From Alphaproteobacteria bacterium (lineage in GTDB: Bacteria; Pseudomonadota; Alphaproteobacteria; MPNO01; UBA830), in the NCBI GenBank assembly GCA_964291215.2, contig OZ219791.1, forward strand, positions 1,376,001 to 1,440,000: a stretch of DNA of 64,000 bases. The letters are read 5' to 3'. Below the pieces are notes generated by a model that did no database searches, was not told the DNA's origin, and saw only the letters and a list, made by a program, of their open reading frames with translations. The number at the start of each line of letters is the position of its first letter. Position 1 is the first letter of the stretch. Position numbers and translations under genes: made by a program. Below are positions 22,288 to 31,772 of the stretch, piece after piece.

Positions 22288-23226
22288 ATGAAATTGCTTA
22301 CCATCGAAACGTCCAGCGGTCTCCATCCCGGACTGCTTCTGGCGGACCGGCAGATTCTCGACCTTGCGACCGCACCCGGAGGGTTGTATCCGGACGCTTG
22401 GCGGCCCGCTTCGGTCCGGGACATTCTGGAAGGTGGCGAAAGCCGCCTTGACGCCGTGCAGCATGTGTCGGACGCGGCCGAAGCGGATCTCGATGCATGC
22501 CAGCCGGCATTGTCGGCGCTGCCCGAAGCCAGCCTGCTGCCGCCGGTGCCGGATCCTTGGCTGGTATTTTCCGTCGGCATGAATTACGGCCGCCATCTTG
22601 CCGAGATGGGGAACACGCCACGGCCGGCGCATCCCGCGGGTTTCATCAAGACCCGGGATTCCCTTCTGGGTTCGGGAAAACCGATCAATGTCCCGCCCCA
22701 GTGTCCGGACATGATCGACTACGAGGGAGAGTTCTGTTTCGTGTTTGGCCGGGCCTGCCACAACATCAGTGAAGACGAGGCGATGGACTATGTGGCGGGG
22801 TATACGATCGCCAACGATGTGTCTGCGCGGGACTGGATTCCCGACATACGTTCCGGAGAGCCGCCGTTCGGACCGATTCACGGCTGGGAGCGCAATATTA
22901 TGGGCAAGAACTTGCCGGGCTTCACGCCCTGCGGCCCCGTCATCGTCACCGCGGACGAGATTCCCGATCCTCACGATCTTCATCTCCAGACCAGGCTGAA
23001 TGGCGAGGTCATGCAGGATACGCGAACGGATGACCTGATCTTTAAGCTGCCGGAGATCATTTCCTACTACTCCAGATGGTACAGATTCCATCCGGGGGAC
23101 ATCGTGACGACGGGTTCGCCGTCCGGTGTCGGCGTGGGCCGCACGCCGTCAGTTTTCATGAAGCCGGGTGATGTGGTCGAGGTGGAGATCGAGGGGATCG
23201 GAATCCTCGGTAACCACCTGGTTTGA
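22288..23226 (+). CDS. Fumarylacetoacetate hydrolase family protein
   Basis: VGMNYGRH, DYEGEF, GYTIANDVSARD, GDIVTTGSPSGVG, IEGIGIL. Confidence 0.93.
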   Translation: MKLLTIETSSGLHPGLLLADRQILDLATAPGGLYPDAWRPASVRDILEGGESRLDAVQHVSDAAEADLDACQPALSALPEASLLPPVPDPWLVFSVGMNYGRHLAEMGNTPRPAHPAGFIKTRDSLLGSGKPINVPPQCPDMIDYEGEFCFVFGRACHNISEDEAMDYVAGYTIANDVSARDWIPDIRSGEPPFGPIHGWERNIMGKNLPGFTPCGPVIVTADEIPDPHDLHLQTRLNGEVMQDTRTDDLIFKLPEIISYYSRWYRFHPGDIVTTGSPSGVGVGRTPSVFMKPGDVVEVEIEGIGILGNHLV

Positions 23227-23245
23227 AACGAGTGGAGAACGGATC

Positions 23246-24898
23246 ATGGAAACCGGATCGGCCGGGATGAAAGTGGAACAAGGCGTCACGGTGACGATGC
23301 GTGACGGCGTCAGGATTTCGCTCTCCATCTATCGTCCCGATGCGTCGGGCCGGTACCCGGCGCTGTTTGCGGCTTCCCCCTATCAATACGAAACGGATTC
23401 GCTTCCGCATTCGACGCTGTTTCTGTGGCGCGAGGTCGGCCCGGTCGAATGGTATGTGCGGGACCAGGGTTACGCCTATGTTCATATGGATGTGCGCGGC
23501 ACGGGACGCTCGGAGGGGACTTACGGATTTCTCGATAGCGCGGAGCAGCAGGACTACTACGAGTGTATCGAGTGGGTTGGCCGTCAGCCTTGGTGCAACG
23601 GTAATGTCGGTGGAATCGGACAGTCCTACTATGCTTGGTCGCAGTGGTTCATGGGGATCGTGGATCCACCCGCACTGAAGTGCATCGCCCCTTATGACGG
23701 CGCGGTCGATATCTATCGCGATACCGCCTACCATGGCGGCATCTATTGCGACTTCATGGCTTGGTGGTACCAGCTGGTTCGGGTCAACAATCTCCATCGC
23801 GCCGCATCGGGGGCCGGCGGCAAGGATCTGCCGGTCGATATCGCGTACGAAATAGCCAAGCATCAAACCTATGACGATTGGTGGCGGGAGCGAAGTCCAT
23901 GGGAGGGCCTTGAGAAAATCACGGTGCCGGTCCTGTCGATCGGGCATTGGGGCAAGATGGGTCTGCACCTGCGCGGCAATATCATCGGTTTTGAGGCGTT
24001 AAGGTCGACAAGAAAACTGGTTGTGACCGGTGCGAAGGATGTGTTCGAAGCCCATGATCAGTTCGATCACATCAGTTATCACGAACAGGAGCTTCTTCCG
24101 TTTTATGATCGCTGGCTCAAGGACCGGGAGACCGGCTGGGAGGGACGTCCCGATGTCCGCGTCTATGTGATGGGGCCGGGGACATGGCGGGAATCAGGCA
24201 CCTGGCCGCCGGAAGACGTTCGCTACCGCGATTACTATTTGAGCGGGCAAACTTCGGGCAGCGTGGCGTCGCTCAATGACGGTTCCCTGATTGGGGAACC
24301 GTCGCCGGCCGACGGAGGTTCGACAAGCTATGATTATCCAGATCCGAAGTGGAAGCTGGGCGTCGTGGGGTTCGGTCCGAACGGGCCGGATCCCGTCGGC
24401 CGGGTTCTGACGTTCACCACGGCGCCTCTTGGCGAAGACCTCGAAGTGGTTGGTCCAGTCGTTCTTGAACTCTATGCTGCATCGACGGCGAGTGATACGG
24501 ATTTCTTCGTCAGGCTTGCCGACCAGTTTCCGCAGTCGGCCGAAGAGCGGTCACAGGGAGTGCAGCCTCGCGCGGTGACGGTCACGAAGGGTTGGCTTCG
24601 GGCCTCCCATCGCGAAAAGGATGATGCTTGGAACAGCGAACATCGTCCGTTCTACAGTCATCGCAGTCCCCAACCGATCGAGCCCGGCGAGGTCTACCGG
24701 TTCGACATCGAGGTGATGCCGTGCGCCTATCGGTTCGAGGCCGGCCATCGGATTCGCCTTGAAATCGTCAACGGGGATTCTCCGCTGACGGACTCGATAT
24801 TCACGCATCAATATCTCTGGTACAAGGTAGGCACCGATACCATTCAGCACTCGGCTGCCCATCCTTCCTGCCTGCACCTGCCGGTAGGCGAGGACTGA
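23246..24898 (+). CDS. CocE/NonD family serine hydrolase
   Basis: MRDGVRI, SPY, DVRGTGRSEG, QPWCNGNVG.IGQSY nucleophile elbow, GHRIRLEI C-domain. Confidence 0.92.
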   Translation: METGSAGMKVEQGVTVTMRDGVRISLSIYRPDASGRYPALFAASPYQYETDSLPHSTLFLWREVGPVEWYVRDQGYAYVHMDVRGTGRSEGTYGFLDSAEQQDYYECIEWVGRQPWCNGNVGGIGQSYYAWSQWFMGIVDPPALKCIAPYDGAVDIYRDTAYHGGIYCDFMAWWYQLVRVNNLHRAASGAGGKDLPVDIAYEIAKHQTYDDWWRERSPWEGLEKITVPVLSIGHWGKMGLHLRGNIIGFEALRSTRKLVVTGAKDVFEAHDQFDHISYHEQELLPFYDRWLKDRETGWEGRPDVRVYVMGPGTWRESGTWPPEDVRYRDYYLSGQTSGSVASLNDGSLIGEPSPADGGSTSYDYPDPKWKLGVVGFGPNGPDPVGRVLTFTTAPLGEDLEVVGPVVLELYAASTASDTDFFVRLADQFPQSAEERSQGVQPRAVTVTKGWLRASHREKDDAWNSEHRPFYSHRSPQPIEPGEVYRFDIEVMPCAYRFEAGHRIRLEIVNGDSPLTDSIFTHQYLWYKVGTDTIQHSAAHPSCLHLPVGED

Positions 24899-24951
24899 TT
24901 TCCTAGAGGGGGCGGCTCCGGATACGGCGCGCGCAGGGCGCCTTGCTGCTG

Positions 24952-26186
24952 TTATCGGCCCGCTACATCCGGTTCCGGATAGTCGGGAATTTCCAGCTCC
25001 GGCAGAACGCGTTCCATGAACAGGCGCAGCTCCTCGAGCATGTCGTCCTTGGGCTGCTGCGCCCAATGCCAGATCAGGGTGACGTACTCGCAGGGCGCTT
25101 GTTCGAAGAGCGCCTGCCAGGCACGGATGGATTCGTCGATCGTGCCGCCAATGAAGATGTTGGAGTTCTTCATGCCTTGAATAACGGTGTCTTCGTCGCC
25201 CTGCGGAAACTGCGGGAAGAAAGGCCCGTAGAAGTTCTTGTAGATGTCGAGATCGTACTGCCGAAGCCTCCGATCGAAATCCGTGGCTGATTTGGTGATA
25301 TGGGGCCAACGCACGATGTTCTGCCGCTGACCGGGCTGGAAGTCGAAACCGTTTCGCTGCGCGACTTCCCGGTAGTAGCGGGAAAATTCGGCAACACCCT
25401 CGGTCGGCATGAAATAGGTCGGCATGAAGCCGTTTCTTGCGCAGAAGTCGATGGAAGCCTGGCTTTCGATGCTGCGACAAAAATGGGCGGGTGCGGTTTC
25501 TGGAATGGCTTGGGGACCACGCAGACGCGCTGAACATTGCCGGTTTCTCCGATTTCACCCTCGGCGCCTGCTTCGCTGGCAATTCACCAGGCAGGATAGC
25601 CGGCCACCCCGGTATCGTAGGGGTAAGGCGCTTCGTAGAAATCACCCTTGATGCGAACGCTTTCCCTTGTCCACGCCTCGATCACCATTTCGACGCGTTC
25701 CTCGATTACTCTTCTGTTGTGCTCATCATCGCTGTCGCCATTTGATACGGTTGCGACCCCGCCACCGAACTGTCCCATGACATTTGCCCAGCGCGACTGG
25801 TATCCCCGCGCAAACCCGACGAAGAAGCGTCCTTTGGTCAGGTGATCGAGAATCGCGGTTTCTTCCGCCGCGCGCAGCGGATCCTGGGTGGCGACCACAT
25901 AGCCGAGCGCGCCGACACGAGCATTCCTGATGTGATTGGCCCAGTAGGCGTTGAGGATTCCCGGGTTGGGCCCGACTTCATAACCTTCCGAGTGGAAGTG
26001 ATTCTCGATAGTGCTGAGGCCCCAGACCTTCATGGCGTCAGCTTCGCGAATGATCTCTGTCCATTCATGAACGATACGGTGATACAGATCGTTGTAGTTG
26101 CCGAGCGGGCGGCGGGCCTTTCGGTCCTGTTCGCCGTCGGATGGAAACATCGGATAGAGCTGGACGATGATCTTAGGTTGCGCCAT
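24952..26186 (-). pseudogene. LLM class flavin-dependent oxidoreductase, two frameshifts
   Basis: Three consecutive ORFs (25584-26186 ENHFHSEG..EETAILDHLTKGR; 25170-25520 VPKPFQKPHPPIFVA; 24952-25425 C-terminus) form one luciferase-like protein. Confidence 0.85.
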
Positions 26187-26336
26187 CTGTCGATCCTTCC
26201 AGATCGTCCGGCTTGCTGCTGGGGGCTGACCACGAGAGTCGACAGGCCTGCCCGACAGGTTTCTCCGGATCCGCTGCAGCAGCCGGATGAGGGCCTGCCG
26301 CCGAGCGAAATCCTTGCGCTGACGAACAGGGCAGAT

Positions 26337-26765
26337 CTAACCGTCGAAACGCCGGGTTCCGGCAAGCGCGGCGAGCCCGGCATTGGCGACCTGAAGATCC
26401 TCGTGGCCCGCACCCGAGCCTACGCCGATACCTCCCACTAGGTGTCCGTCGACGATGATGGGGAGTCCGCCGGGCAAGTTGACGCGCTTGCCTTGGGTCG
26501 CGATGGCGAGCTTGAGGTCTACGCCCTCGGGAATATGTCCGGTCGGCTCGCCGTAAGAGGCCGCCGTCATCGCCTTCATCAGCGACGAATCGATCGACAG
26601 CACGAAGGCTCCGTCCATCCGGGAAAAAGCGAGGAGATGACCGCCGGCGTCGACGACGGAGATGCATTGCGGCACCCCCATCTCGTCCGCCTTGGCCATC
26701 GCGGCTTTCAGGATCTTCATTGCCCCGTCGTTGGTAAGTCGGAGCGCGGGCGCGGTTTCCGCCAT
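26337..26765 (-). CDS. GlcG/HbpS family heme-binding protein
   Basis: ISVVDAGGHL, RMDGA, KAMTA, GGLPI..DG..VGGIGVG; GGAGG RBS. Confidence 0.9.
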   Translation of the reverse strand: MAETAPALRLTNDGAMKILKAAMAKADEMGVPQCISVVDAGGHLLAFSRMDGAFVLSIDSSLMKAMTAASYGEPTGHIPEGVDLKLAIATQGKRVNLPGGLPIIVDGHLVGGIGVGSGAGHEDLQVANAGLAALAGTRRFDG

Positions 26766-27031
26766 TCGAACCTCCTTGGAACACGTTTCGTTGAGGCGAG
26801 AGGTTAACACCGCCATGTCATCAGAAAAAGTGCTGAACAACGCGAATCGGGTCACCCGGATTCGCAACATGGCGCAGTCTCTCATCAGCCGCACGCTGTG
26901 CAACAGGGCGGGGCGCTCCCGTTGGCGGGTCTCCTGTTGCAACAATCCCTCGACAGCCGCCGGGGTTCTGTTGCCACCAATCCGCGCCAGCCGCTCTCGA
27001 CAGGTGATTTGAATGAAAACATGTTATTCAC

Positions 27032-27262
27032 ATGTCAGCCATGATCCAGATCCGGAACGTCCCCGACGCGTTGCACCGCAAGCTGAAGGCGTGCGCAGCA
27101 CTCGCCGGCATGTCGCTGTCGGCTTTCCTGCTGGCCGAGATTCGCGAGGTTGCGGCGCGCCCGACCGTGTATGAGTTGTGCGAACGCATCGCGCGCCGCG
27201 CAGGCGTGGCACCGTCCATGCCGCCCGGGGAGGCGGTCCGGCGGGAACGTGAAACCCGGTGA
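27032..27262 (+). CDS. FitA-like ribbon-helix-helix antitoxin
   Basis: MIQIRNVPDALHRKLK..AA..GMSLS; overlaps PIN toxin (GTGA). Confidence 0.85.
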   Translation: MSAMIQIRNVPDALHRKLKACAALAGMSLSAFLLAEIREVAARPTVYELCERIARRAGVAPSMPPGEAVRRERETR

Positions 27263-27651
27263 TCGTCGTCGGCGCATTCGCCCTCCTTGAGATGCTCCTG
27301 CCCACGGCTGCTGCCGAGGCGGTCGCGGTGCGGCTCTTTGACTCGGGCGCCCCTCTCGCTGCTCCGCATCTCATCGATATCGAAGCCGCCCAGGTTCTGC
27401 GTCGTTACGCACGAGCCGGAGAGATCGATGATCGGCACGGCCGTGAAGCGCTGGCCGACCTCGCGGATATGCCCATCAGGCGCTATCCCCACCATGTCCT
27501 GCTGCCGCGTGTCTGGGAGTTGCGGCACAACCTCACCGCATACGATGCCCTCTATGTAGCCCTTGCCGAGGCGCTGGATGCGCCGCTGGTTACGCGCGAC
27601 CGTCGACTGGAGGATGCCGCCGGCCATGGCGCGGAAATCGAACTGCTTTGA
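27259..27651 (+). CDS. vapC: VapC/PIN domain toxin (first catalytic Asp replaced by Gly)
   Basis: APHLIDIE, NLTAYDALYVALAEAL, LVTRDRRL; N-terminus MIVVGAFA instead of consensus MIVVDASA. Confidence 0.88.
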   Translation: MIVVGAFALLEMLLPTAAAEAVAVRLFDSGAPLAAPHLIDIEAAQVLRRYARAGEIDDRHGREALADLADMPIRRYPHHVLLPRVWELRHNLTAYDALYVALAEALDAPLVTRDRRLEDAAGHGAEIELL

Positions 27652-27919
27652 GAGCTGGCGGGCTTGCCCGACAGGTTCTCCGGACCCGCTGAAGCAGGCG
27701 GGTGAGGGTTTGTCGCTGAGCGGGATCCATGTACGGTGTCCTTTGGACACCGTCATGCGTCAGGTTGGACGGGTGTTGGCGGTGTCCGGAGAGCAGGGCT
27801 TGGCACCGTCGTCGGGGCCCGGTTCGGCGGGGCTGCCCGGGTTAACTGGAAAACCGCGTCCCGAATGATCCAAGCTCTCCCGCGTCCGGCGCGGGTTCGC
27901 GGAGTCTTCCTGATAGCGC

Positions 27920-28229
27920 AGGCGGCAATCGCTCCGGCCGCGGTTCGCCGATGCGTCTTGGATCGTGACGGGCAATGAGATAAATGTCGTGGCAGGCGAG
28001 CTGATCTTCGACAGCTTTCGGGTCGTTGCACCTGCGGTCTGGCTGAAGGAGGGCGACTGACATGGCGACACTGACGATCCGGATTCCGGACGCACCTCGT
28101 GACCGGATGGCGGCGCGGCGCGTTCCGAGCCTGAACAAGCTGGTGGAAGAGCTGTCGGTGCGGGCGCCGGCCGAACATGACATCGAAATGCGGTTTCGGA
28201 TGCGTGCGGCGATGCCGGGCTCGGGTTGA
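27920..28229 (+). pseudogene. Remnant of a second PIN toxin C-terminus plus RHH/HicB-like antitoxin
   Basis: WIVTGNEINVVAGELIFDSFRVVAPAVWLKEGD* (ends 28060), followed by ATG 28062 MATLTIRIPD...SLNKLVEELS...DIEMRFRMRAA*; not in ORF track. Confidence 0.55.
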
Positions 28230-28239
28230 AACTGCTTGA

Positions 28240-28570
28240 CGAACTCGATTGTTGGCACGCGGAGGCCGGCACTGTCGGCGGTGATGCAGAACGGCGGGAT
28301 TTCGGCGGAAAACCGCGCTTTTGAGCGGTTGGCCGTGTGGATTGGGCGAACACAGGTACGAGGACATGCGGCGTTGACGAGAGGCCGCGCGGTCTTCGTT
28401 TTCTGGCGGTCGGCGTCTGTGGAGCGTGACGCGAGGGGGACCTTCAGCCTTGTGCGCAGGGTTTCGGCCTGACGTTCTCCGGCCTCGTCGTGGTCCTGCG
28501 CGAGGACGATGGTCCTGACGTTGGGAAGGCTCCTTGCGACGAGGCTGATCTGTTGGTGCTGGCGTCGCGA
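28240..28570 (-). mobile_element. Transposase C-terminal remnant (IS1380-like, tentative)
   Basis: QAETLRTRLKV resembles IS1380 C-terminal motif; ~90 bp (28401-28493) recurs inverted at 38991-39082. Confidence 0.4.
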
Positions 28571-29106
28571 GGGCGCCCCGGGCCCGGACAACAGGACCCG
28601 GGCGACAGGGAAGGCAGACGATCCCGCGAAACACCAGAACCCTCCCGACAACCCTCAGGAGCCCGGATCACATGCCGGCAGAAAAACCGGAACCGGACCG
28701 AAACGACAACAGGGAAGAAAACGGGCGGCATTCACAGAGACAAACAGACAAACACTGAAACCGCGACAACAGGACTTGACAACAGCAAAGAAACACGATC
28801 CTGAAAAGCGCAGCGAATCGCCGAAATCCCGCCGTTTTATCCAACCGACAACAGGCGCCGGGAAGGGAAGCAGATGCCGGATCCCGGAGTGTGCTCGCGC
28901 GGATGGGGCGGCGCCTTGCGGCAGTAGTCCTGATGGTAGTCGCGCTATGCGCGGCGGCCGGGATGGCGGGCCGGAGCCACATGTAAATGGGCCGAGTGCC
29001 TTGCCGACGTGACAAGTCGATACCCGGCTTCCGGCATTTGATTGCCTCCTGCCGACCCGCACGGTGTCGTTGCGGTTCGTGCCGTCCGGGATCCGGCGAA
29101 TCCGTC

Positions 29107-29709
29107 TCAGTCCTCCCGATCGGTGGCATCCGCATTGTCACCCGTCCACCGCAGAAAGCGGATTCGCGTTGCGCCGTAGCGCCGGTCATCGACGGTTTCG
29201 CATCGATCCGGAGTTTCGAAGGGTTCCGCCGCTGCGGTCTGCACCACGCAGATCGTGCGGCGCTGGATCCAGCCGGCTGTCCCGAGCGCTGCGAGCGACG
29301 GCGCCGCCAGATCGCCGAAGTAAGGCGGATCGGAAAACACCAGATCGACAGCCCGCCCGGCATGGGCCGGGCGCAGGCAGTTCATGCGGAGAATCTCCGT
29401 GCTGTCCGCCTCGCCGAGCGCGTCGGCATTGTGCCGGCAGGCGGCAATGGCGTCCGGTGCGTTATCCATGAAGCTCGCATGCGCGGCGCCGCGGCTGAGC
29501 GACTCGAATCCCAGCGCGCCGGTGCCGCAGAACGCGTCGAGGACACGGATGTCGCGGAGGCCGGAGCCGCCCGCGTCCCCGGAAATCCACTCCCCGTGCT
29601 CAAGGATGTTAAACACGGCTTCTCGCACCCGGTCCGAGGTGGGGCGGATGTTGCGGCCGGGGGGCGCCCAGATGCGCCTTCCCCTATGCCGCCCCGCGAC
29701 GATCCGCAT
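29107..29709 (-). CDS. rsmD: 16S rRNA (guanine966-N2)-methyltransferase
   Basis: MRIVAGRHRGR, RPTSDRVREAVFNIL, LDAFCGTGALGFESLSRGA, DPPY. Confidence 0.95.
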   Translation of the reverse strand: MRIVAGRHRGRRIWAPPGRNIRPTSDRVREAVFNILEHGEWISGDAGGSGLRDIRVLDAFCGTGALGFESLSRGAAHASFMDNAPDAIAACRHNADALGEADSTEILRMNCLRPAHAGRAVDLVFSDPPYFGDLAAPSLAALGTAGWIQRRTICVVQTAAAEPFETPDRCETVDDRRYGATRIRFLRWTGDNADATDRED

Positions 29710-30436
29710 GCGCTTTTCCCAGCTGATCCCTGAGGACGCGTTTCGGAACCTCCTCAACATCGCCACGGGGAAGGTTGCCCAGCTGGAACGGCCCGAAGGC
29801 GGTCCTGATCAGGCGGCTCACTGGGTGGCCGAGATGCTTCATTGCGCGCCGGATCTCGCGGTTGCGTCCCTCGCGGAGACGGACCGTCAGCCATGCGTTG
29901 GCGCCCGTCGCTGAATCGACCGTCGCCTCAATGCGGCTGAAACGCGCCCCGTCCACGGACAGTCCGCGTTCGAGCGCCGCGAGCGCGGCCGCGTCCGGGC
30001 GTCCGAAAACCCGCACGCGGTAGCGGCGGATCCAGCCGGTGGCCGGGAGTTCGAGCCGGCGGGCGAGGCCACCGTCATTGGTAAGCAGAAGCAGGCCTTC
30101 TGACGCGAGATCCAGCCGTCCGACCGTCATGACGCGGGGCAGGTGGGACGGAAGGCGGTCGAAGACGGTGGGACGGCCTTCGGGGTCGCGAGCCGAGCAG
30201 ATTATCCCCGCCGGCTTGTGAAGGCGCCACATCCGCGGCGCTGCGGCCGGAGCCACCGGCCTTCCGTCGACCCGGATGTCGGCCCCGGCGCCGATCCTCG
30301 TTCCCGGCTCCGAGACCGTGTGCCCGTCGACGGAGACCCGGCCGGCAGCGATCCAGCGCTCGGCCTCGCGCCGCGAGCACACGCCGGCGCGTGACAGGCG
30401 CTTGGCAACGCGTTCTCCGACCGCCTCCTCCGTCAT
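29684..30436 (-). CDS. rluB: rRNA pseudouridine synthase (RluB/RsuA family, S4 domain)
   Basis: ERVAKRLSRAGVCSRREAE, VGRLDLASEGLLLLTNDG, EGRNREIRR. Confidence 0.9.
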   Translation of the reverse strand: MTEEAVGERVAKRLSRAGVCSRREAERWIAAGRVSVDGHTVSEPGTRIGAGADIRVDGRPVAPAAAPRMWRLHKPAGIICSARDPEGRPTVFDRLPSHLPRVMTVGRLDLASEGLLLLTNDGGLARRLELPATGWIRRYRVRVFGRPDAAALAALERGLSVDGARFSRIEATVDSATGANAWLTVRLREGRNREIRRAMKHLGHPVSRLIRTAFGPFQLGNLPRGDVEEVPKRVLRDQLGKAHADRRGAA

Positions 30437-31152
30437 GCCGCGCCGCCCGCTGCCGCGACGAGGGCCGCGAATATGGCCGAGTCCGCGGCATTGATCTCGA
30501 ATTCGGGATGCCATTGGATGCCGAGGCAGAAACGGTAGGCCGGCGCCTCGATGCCCTCGATTACGCCATCGGGTGCGGTTGCGTTGATGACGACGCCGTC
30601 TCCGACCTCCGCGACCGCCTGGTGATGGGCCGAGTTGACCGAGAGCGCGGTTGCTCCCGTGATCCGGTGGAGAAGGGACTCTTCCGCGATCATCACGGAA
30701 TGGCCCGGCTCGTTTCGGGGATTGGGCTGCTCATGGGCAAGCGCGTCCTCGACCTCGTCGGGAATGTGCTGGATCAGTGTGCCGCCGAGGACCACGTTGA
30801 GAAGCTGGTGGCCGCCGCAGATGCCGAGCACGGGCTTGTTCCGCGCGAGTGCGCCGGCGGTTGCGGCCTCCTCGAACTCGGTGCGCCGCTCCTTGAGCGT
30901 TACCAACGGGTGGCGGCTCGCCGCGCCGAACATCGCGGGATCGATGTCGAAGGCGCCTCCGGTGACGACCAGCGCCGAGACATGGTTCAGGCAATCGCCG
31001 ACGAGTGCGGTTTCGTGGGGGAGCATGAACGGCAATCCGCCGGCTGCGGCTATCGCGCTGCCGTAATTCTCGCGGATCGCGTACCAGGGAAAGTGGGAAT
31101 AGCCGCCCGTTTCCTCTGAATCCAAGGTTATGCCGATCACGGGGCGGGTCAC
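30433..31152 (-). CDS. Gamma-glutamyl-gamma-aminobutyrate hydrolase-like peptidase C26
   Basis: RPVIGIT, LGICGGHQLLNV, VNSAHHQAV, GIQWHPE (class I amidotransferase triad). Confidence 0.92.
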   Translation of the reverse strand: MTRPVIGITLDSEETGGYSHFPWYAIRENYGSAIAAAGGLPFMLPHETALVGDCLNHVSALVVTGGAFDIDPAMFGAASRHPLVTLKERRTEFEEAATAGALARNKPVLGICGGHQLLNVVLGGTLIQHIPDEVEDALAHEQPNPRNEPGHSVMIAEESLLHRITGATALSVNSAHHQAVAEVGDGVVINATAPDGVIEGIEAPAYRFCLGIQWHPEFEINAADSAIFAALVAAAGGAA

Positions 31153-31272
31153 GGGCTGCTTCCTCGAGGCCTGAAGACAACCGTCATTATATGGGATTCG
31201 CCGCTGTCTGCGTCGATCCGGTGCGGCCAGCCGCCTGCCGTGGCGGACCGGTTTCCGTTATCATCCGGCAGC

Positions 31273-31743
31273 ATGAGCAATCGGGAATGCATGACGGCAT
31301 CGCTTTTCATGGCGCTAGCGCTCGAAGAGGCCCGTGCAGCCGGGGCGCGGGGCGAGGTGCCGGTCGGCGCGGTGCTCGTCGACGCGGCGACCGGCGAGGT
31401 CCTTGCGCGGGCCGGCAACGAAGTCGAGGCGCGCCGCGACCCCACGGCGCATGCCGAAATGCTCGTCATCCGCGCTGCCGCGCGGGCCCGCGCCGGGAAG
31501 CGCCTTCCTGGATGCGATCTTTACGTGACCCTGGAGCCGTGTCCAATGTGCGCGCAGGCCGCCGCGTTCGCACGTATCTCGAGGCTCTATTTCGGGGCCG
31601 GCGACCCCAAGGGCGGCGGCGTGGTGCACGGACCGCGGATCTTCAGCCAGCCGACCTGCAACCACCGCCCGGAAATCTATGACGGGATTGGCGAGGCCGA
31701 GGCGGCGGCGCTCCTGAAGGAATTTTTCGCCCGCCGCCGCTGA
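31273..31743 (+). CDS. tadA: tRNA-specific adenosine deaminase
   Basis: GEVPVGAV, DPTAHAE, YVTLEPCPMC, DPKGG; start uncertain (31273/31291/31309). Confidence 0.92.
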   Translation: MSNRECMTASLFMALALEEARAAGARGEVPVGAVLVDAATGEVLARAGNEVEARRDPTAHAEMLVIRAAARARAGKRLPGCDLYVTLEPCPMCAQAAAFARISRLYFGAGDPKGGGVVHGPRIFSQPTCNHRPEIYDGIGEAEAAALLKEFFARRR

Positions 31744-31772
31744 CCGGCGGAAGCTGGCCCGGAGCCGCCGCC

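Noticed and set aside
28587-28855. CRISPR array (about 60-bp period)
   Set aside because: Conserved part is only 6-9 bp, there is no 25-40 bp repeat, and no cas genes are in the window
28880-28960. Leucine attenuator-like leader (minus strand RIARLPSGLLPQGA with CTA codons)
   Set aside because: No in-frame start codon, no clear terminator, no leu gene downstream
30433-31152. C26 gamma-glutamyl hydrolase as dedicated partner of the GS-like ligase at 51 kb
   Set aside because: 20 kb away and translationally coupled to rluB-rsmD housekeeping genes; no evidence of linkage
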